In this document: piece by piece, positions 63,066-64,000 of the stretch
Position numbering within the stretch: position 1 is the first letter of the stretch
Layout of the letters: each line of letters begins with the position of its first letter
Source: Aliiglaciecola sp.
GTDB taxonomy: Bacteria > Pseudomonadota > Gammaproteobacteria > Enterobacterales > Alteromonadaceae
Direction of reading: 5' to 3'
DNA: 64,000 nt
NCBI GenBank assembly: GCA_028356795.1
Contig: JAOMVH010000002.1
Coordinates: 4,638-68,637, forward strand
The notes under the pieces: generated by a model
Databases searched by the model: none
What the model saw: only the letters and a program-made list of their open reading frames with translations
Told to the model about the DNA's origin: nothing
Translations under genes and position numbers: made by a program

Positions 63066-64000
63066 ATGCTTAAAACCGACTCATTAATCAACATTGTGAC
63101 AGCATTCATTCCCCTAACCTTGACATTAATCGGGGTCGTTGTGGGTTTGTGGATAGCTCACGTTATATTGATAAAACGACACGCTGAACTTGGCAACGAA
63201 AAACTGTTTTCACGGCAATTGATCATGTTAGGTTTAACCCTTATAGCGATATTGTTGGTCGTTCTAGCCATGCCCGTTAGTGACAGCTCGAGAAATCAAA
63301 TTATTGGCCTTGTTGGGCTTGTCATTTCAGGGATTTTTGCGTTCTCCTCTAGTACTATTTTTGCTAATTTGCTGGCTGGCATTATGCTTAGGATCACCAA
63401 ACCATTCAGAACCGGCGATTTCATAAAAGTAAGTGATTACTTCGGCCGTGTAGTTGAAAGAGGTCTGCTGGATACTGAAATACAGACCGAATCTCGTGAC
63501 TTGGTTGCTCTGCCCAATACCTTTATGATCACCCACCCTATTACCGTCACCCGCGCGTCTGGCACCATTATCTCAACCAACCTTTCGTTGGGTTATGACG
63601 TTCACCACGGGGACCTAGAAAACCCCCTCATTGAAGCTGCAACACTAAGCGGTTTAACCGATGCTTTTGTGCATATAGTAGAGCTTGGCGACTTTGCGGT
63701 TACCTATAAAGTGAGCGGGAAGTTAGACGAAGTGAAAAGCCTTATCAGCGCGCGCACTGAGCTTAATCGTCAAGTATTGGACGTATTGCATGGCAAAGAT
63801 ATCGAAATCGTATCACCCAGCTTTGTGAACCAGCGTCGTATTGCCGATGACAGTAAAATCATCCCCACATCAGTGGCACCTAAAATGCCCGAAAGCAAGA
63901 CTAGCGCGGAGGAAGTTATGTTCGACAAGGCCGAAGCAGCCGAGCAAAAGGAAACTGAAGTAGAAGAATTAAAAAAACAGCTTGTTGAGTTAGAGGAAGC
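63066..64000 (+). CDS. MscS-family mechanosensitive channel, runs off the window
   Basis: Manual translation MLKTDSLINIV...; three TMs, ANLLAGIMLRITKPFRTGDFI, VALPN. Confidence 0.88.
   Translation, partial: MLKTDSLINIVTAFIPLTLTLIGVVVGLWIAHVILIKRHAELGNEKLFSRQLIMLGLTLIAILLVVLAMPVSDSSRNQIIGLVGLVISGIFAFSSSTIFANLLAGIMLRITKPFRTGDFIKVSDYFGRVVERGLLDTEIQTESRDLVALPNTFMITHPITVTRASGTIISTNLSLGYDVHHGDLENPLIEAATLSGLTDAFVHIVELGDFAVTYKVSGKLDEVKSLISARTELNRQVLDVLHGKDIEIVSPSFVNQRRIADDSKIIPTSVAPKMPESKTSAEEVMFDKAEAAEQKETEVEELKKQLVELEE

Overview
Marine gammaproteobacterial chromosome segment; gene content and order suggest Alteromonadaceae (inference). It is mostly core genome. 1-8.3 kb (minus): mreBCD-maf-rng-yhdP. 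8.5-28 kb (minus): a complete MSHA type IVa pilus cluster (mshI1 I2 J K L M N E G F B A C D O P Q) with no mshH/csrD and a very large 1941-aa MshQ carrying four LamG-like modules in A-B-B'-A' order. 28-38 kb: ssb, yajR-like MFS, uvrA, thioesterase, 2OG-Fe(II) oxygenase, MCP, DUF3299 and a frameshifted MFS. 38-49 kb: soluble ppa divergent from a membrane pyrophosphatase with K+-dependent Na+-pump signatures, then mipA, fbp, mpl, ubiX, S1/P1 nuclease, rraA, and a PAP2 + glycosyltransferase pair behind a triple Pho-box-like array. 49-59 kb: lptM-lysA-dapF-DUF484-xerC-yigB, cysE, uvrD, a REC-REC-GGDEF protein and rarD. 59-64 kb: a MITE-like palindrome, a truncated methyltransferase, DUF1353, DUF3010, a periplasmic-binding-like protein, an ABC1 kinase and MscS. 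I saw no tRNA, rRNA, CRISPR array, transposase or recognisable defence system. Best leads: the putative PhoB-controlled PAP2/glycosyltransferase lipid-remodelling pair, the modular MshQ, and the head-to-head ppa/hppA pair. All family calls are by eye; no searches were run.
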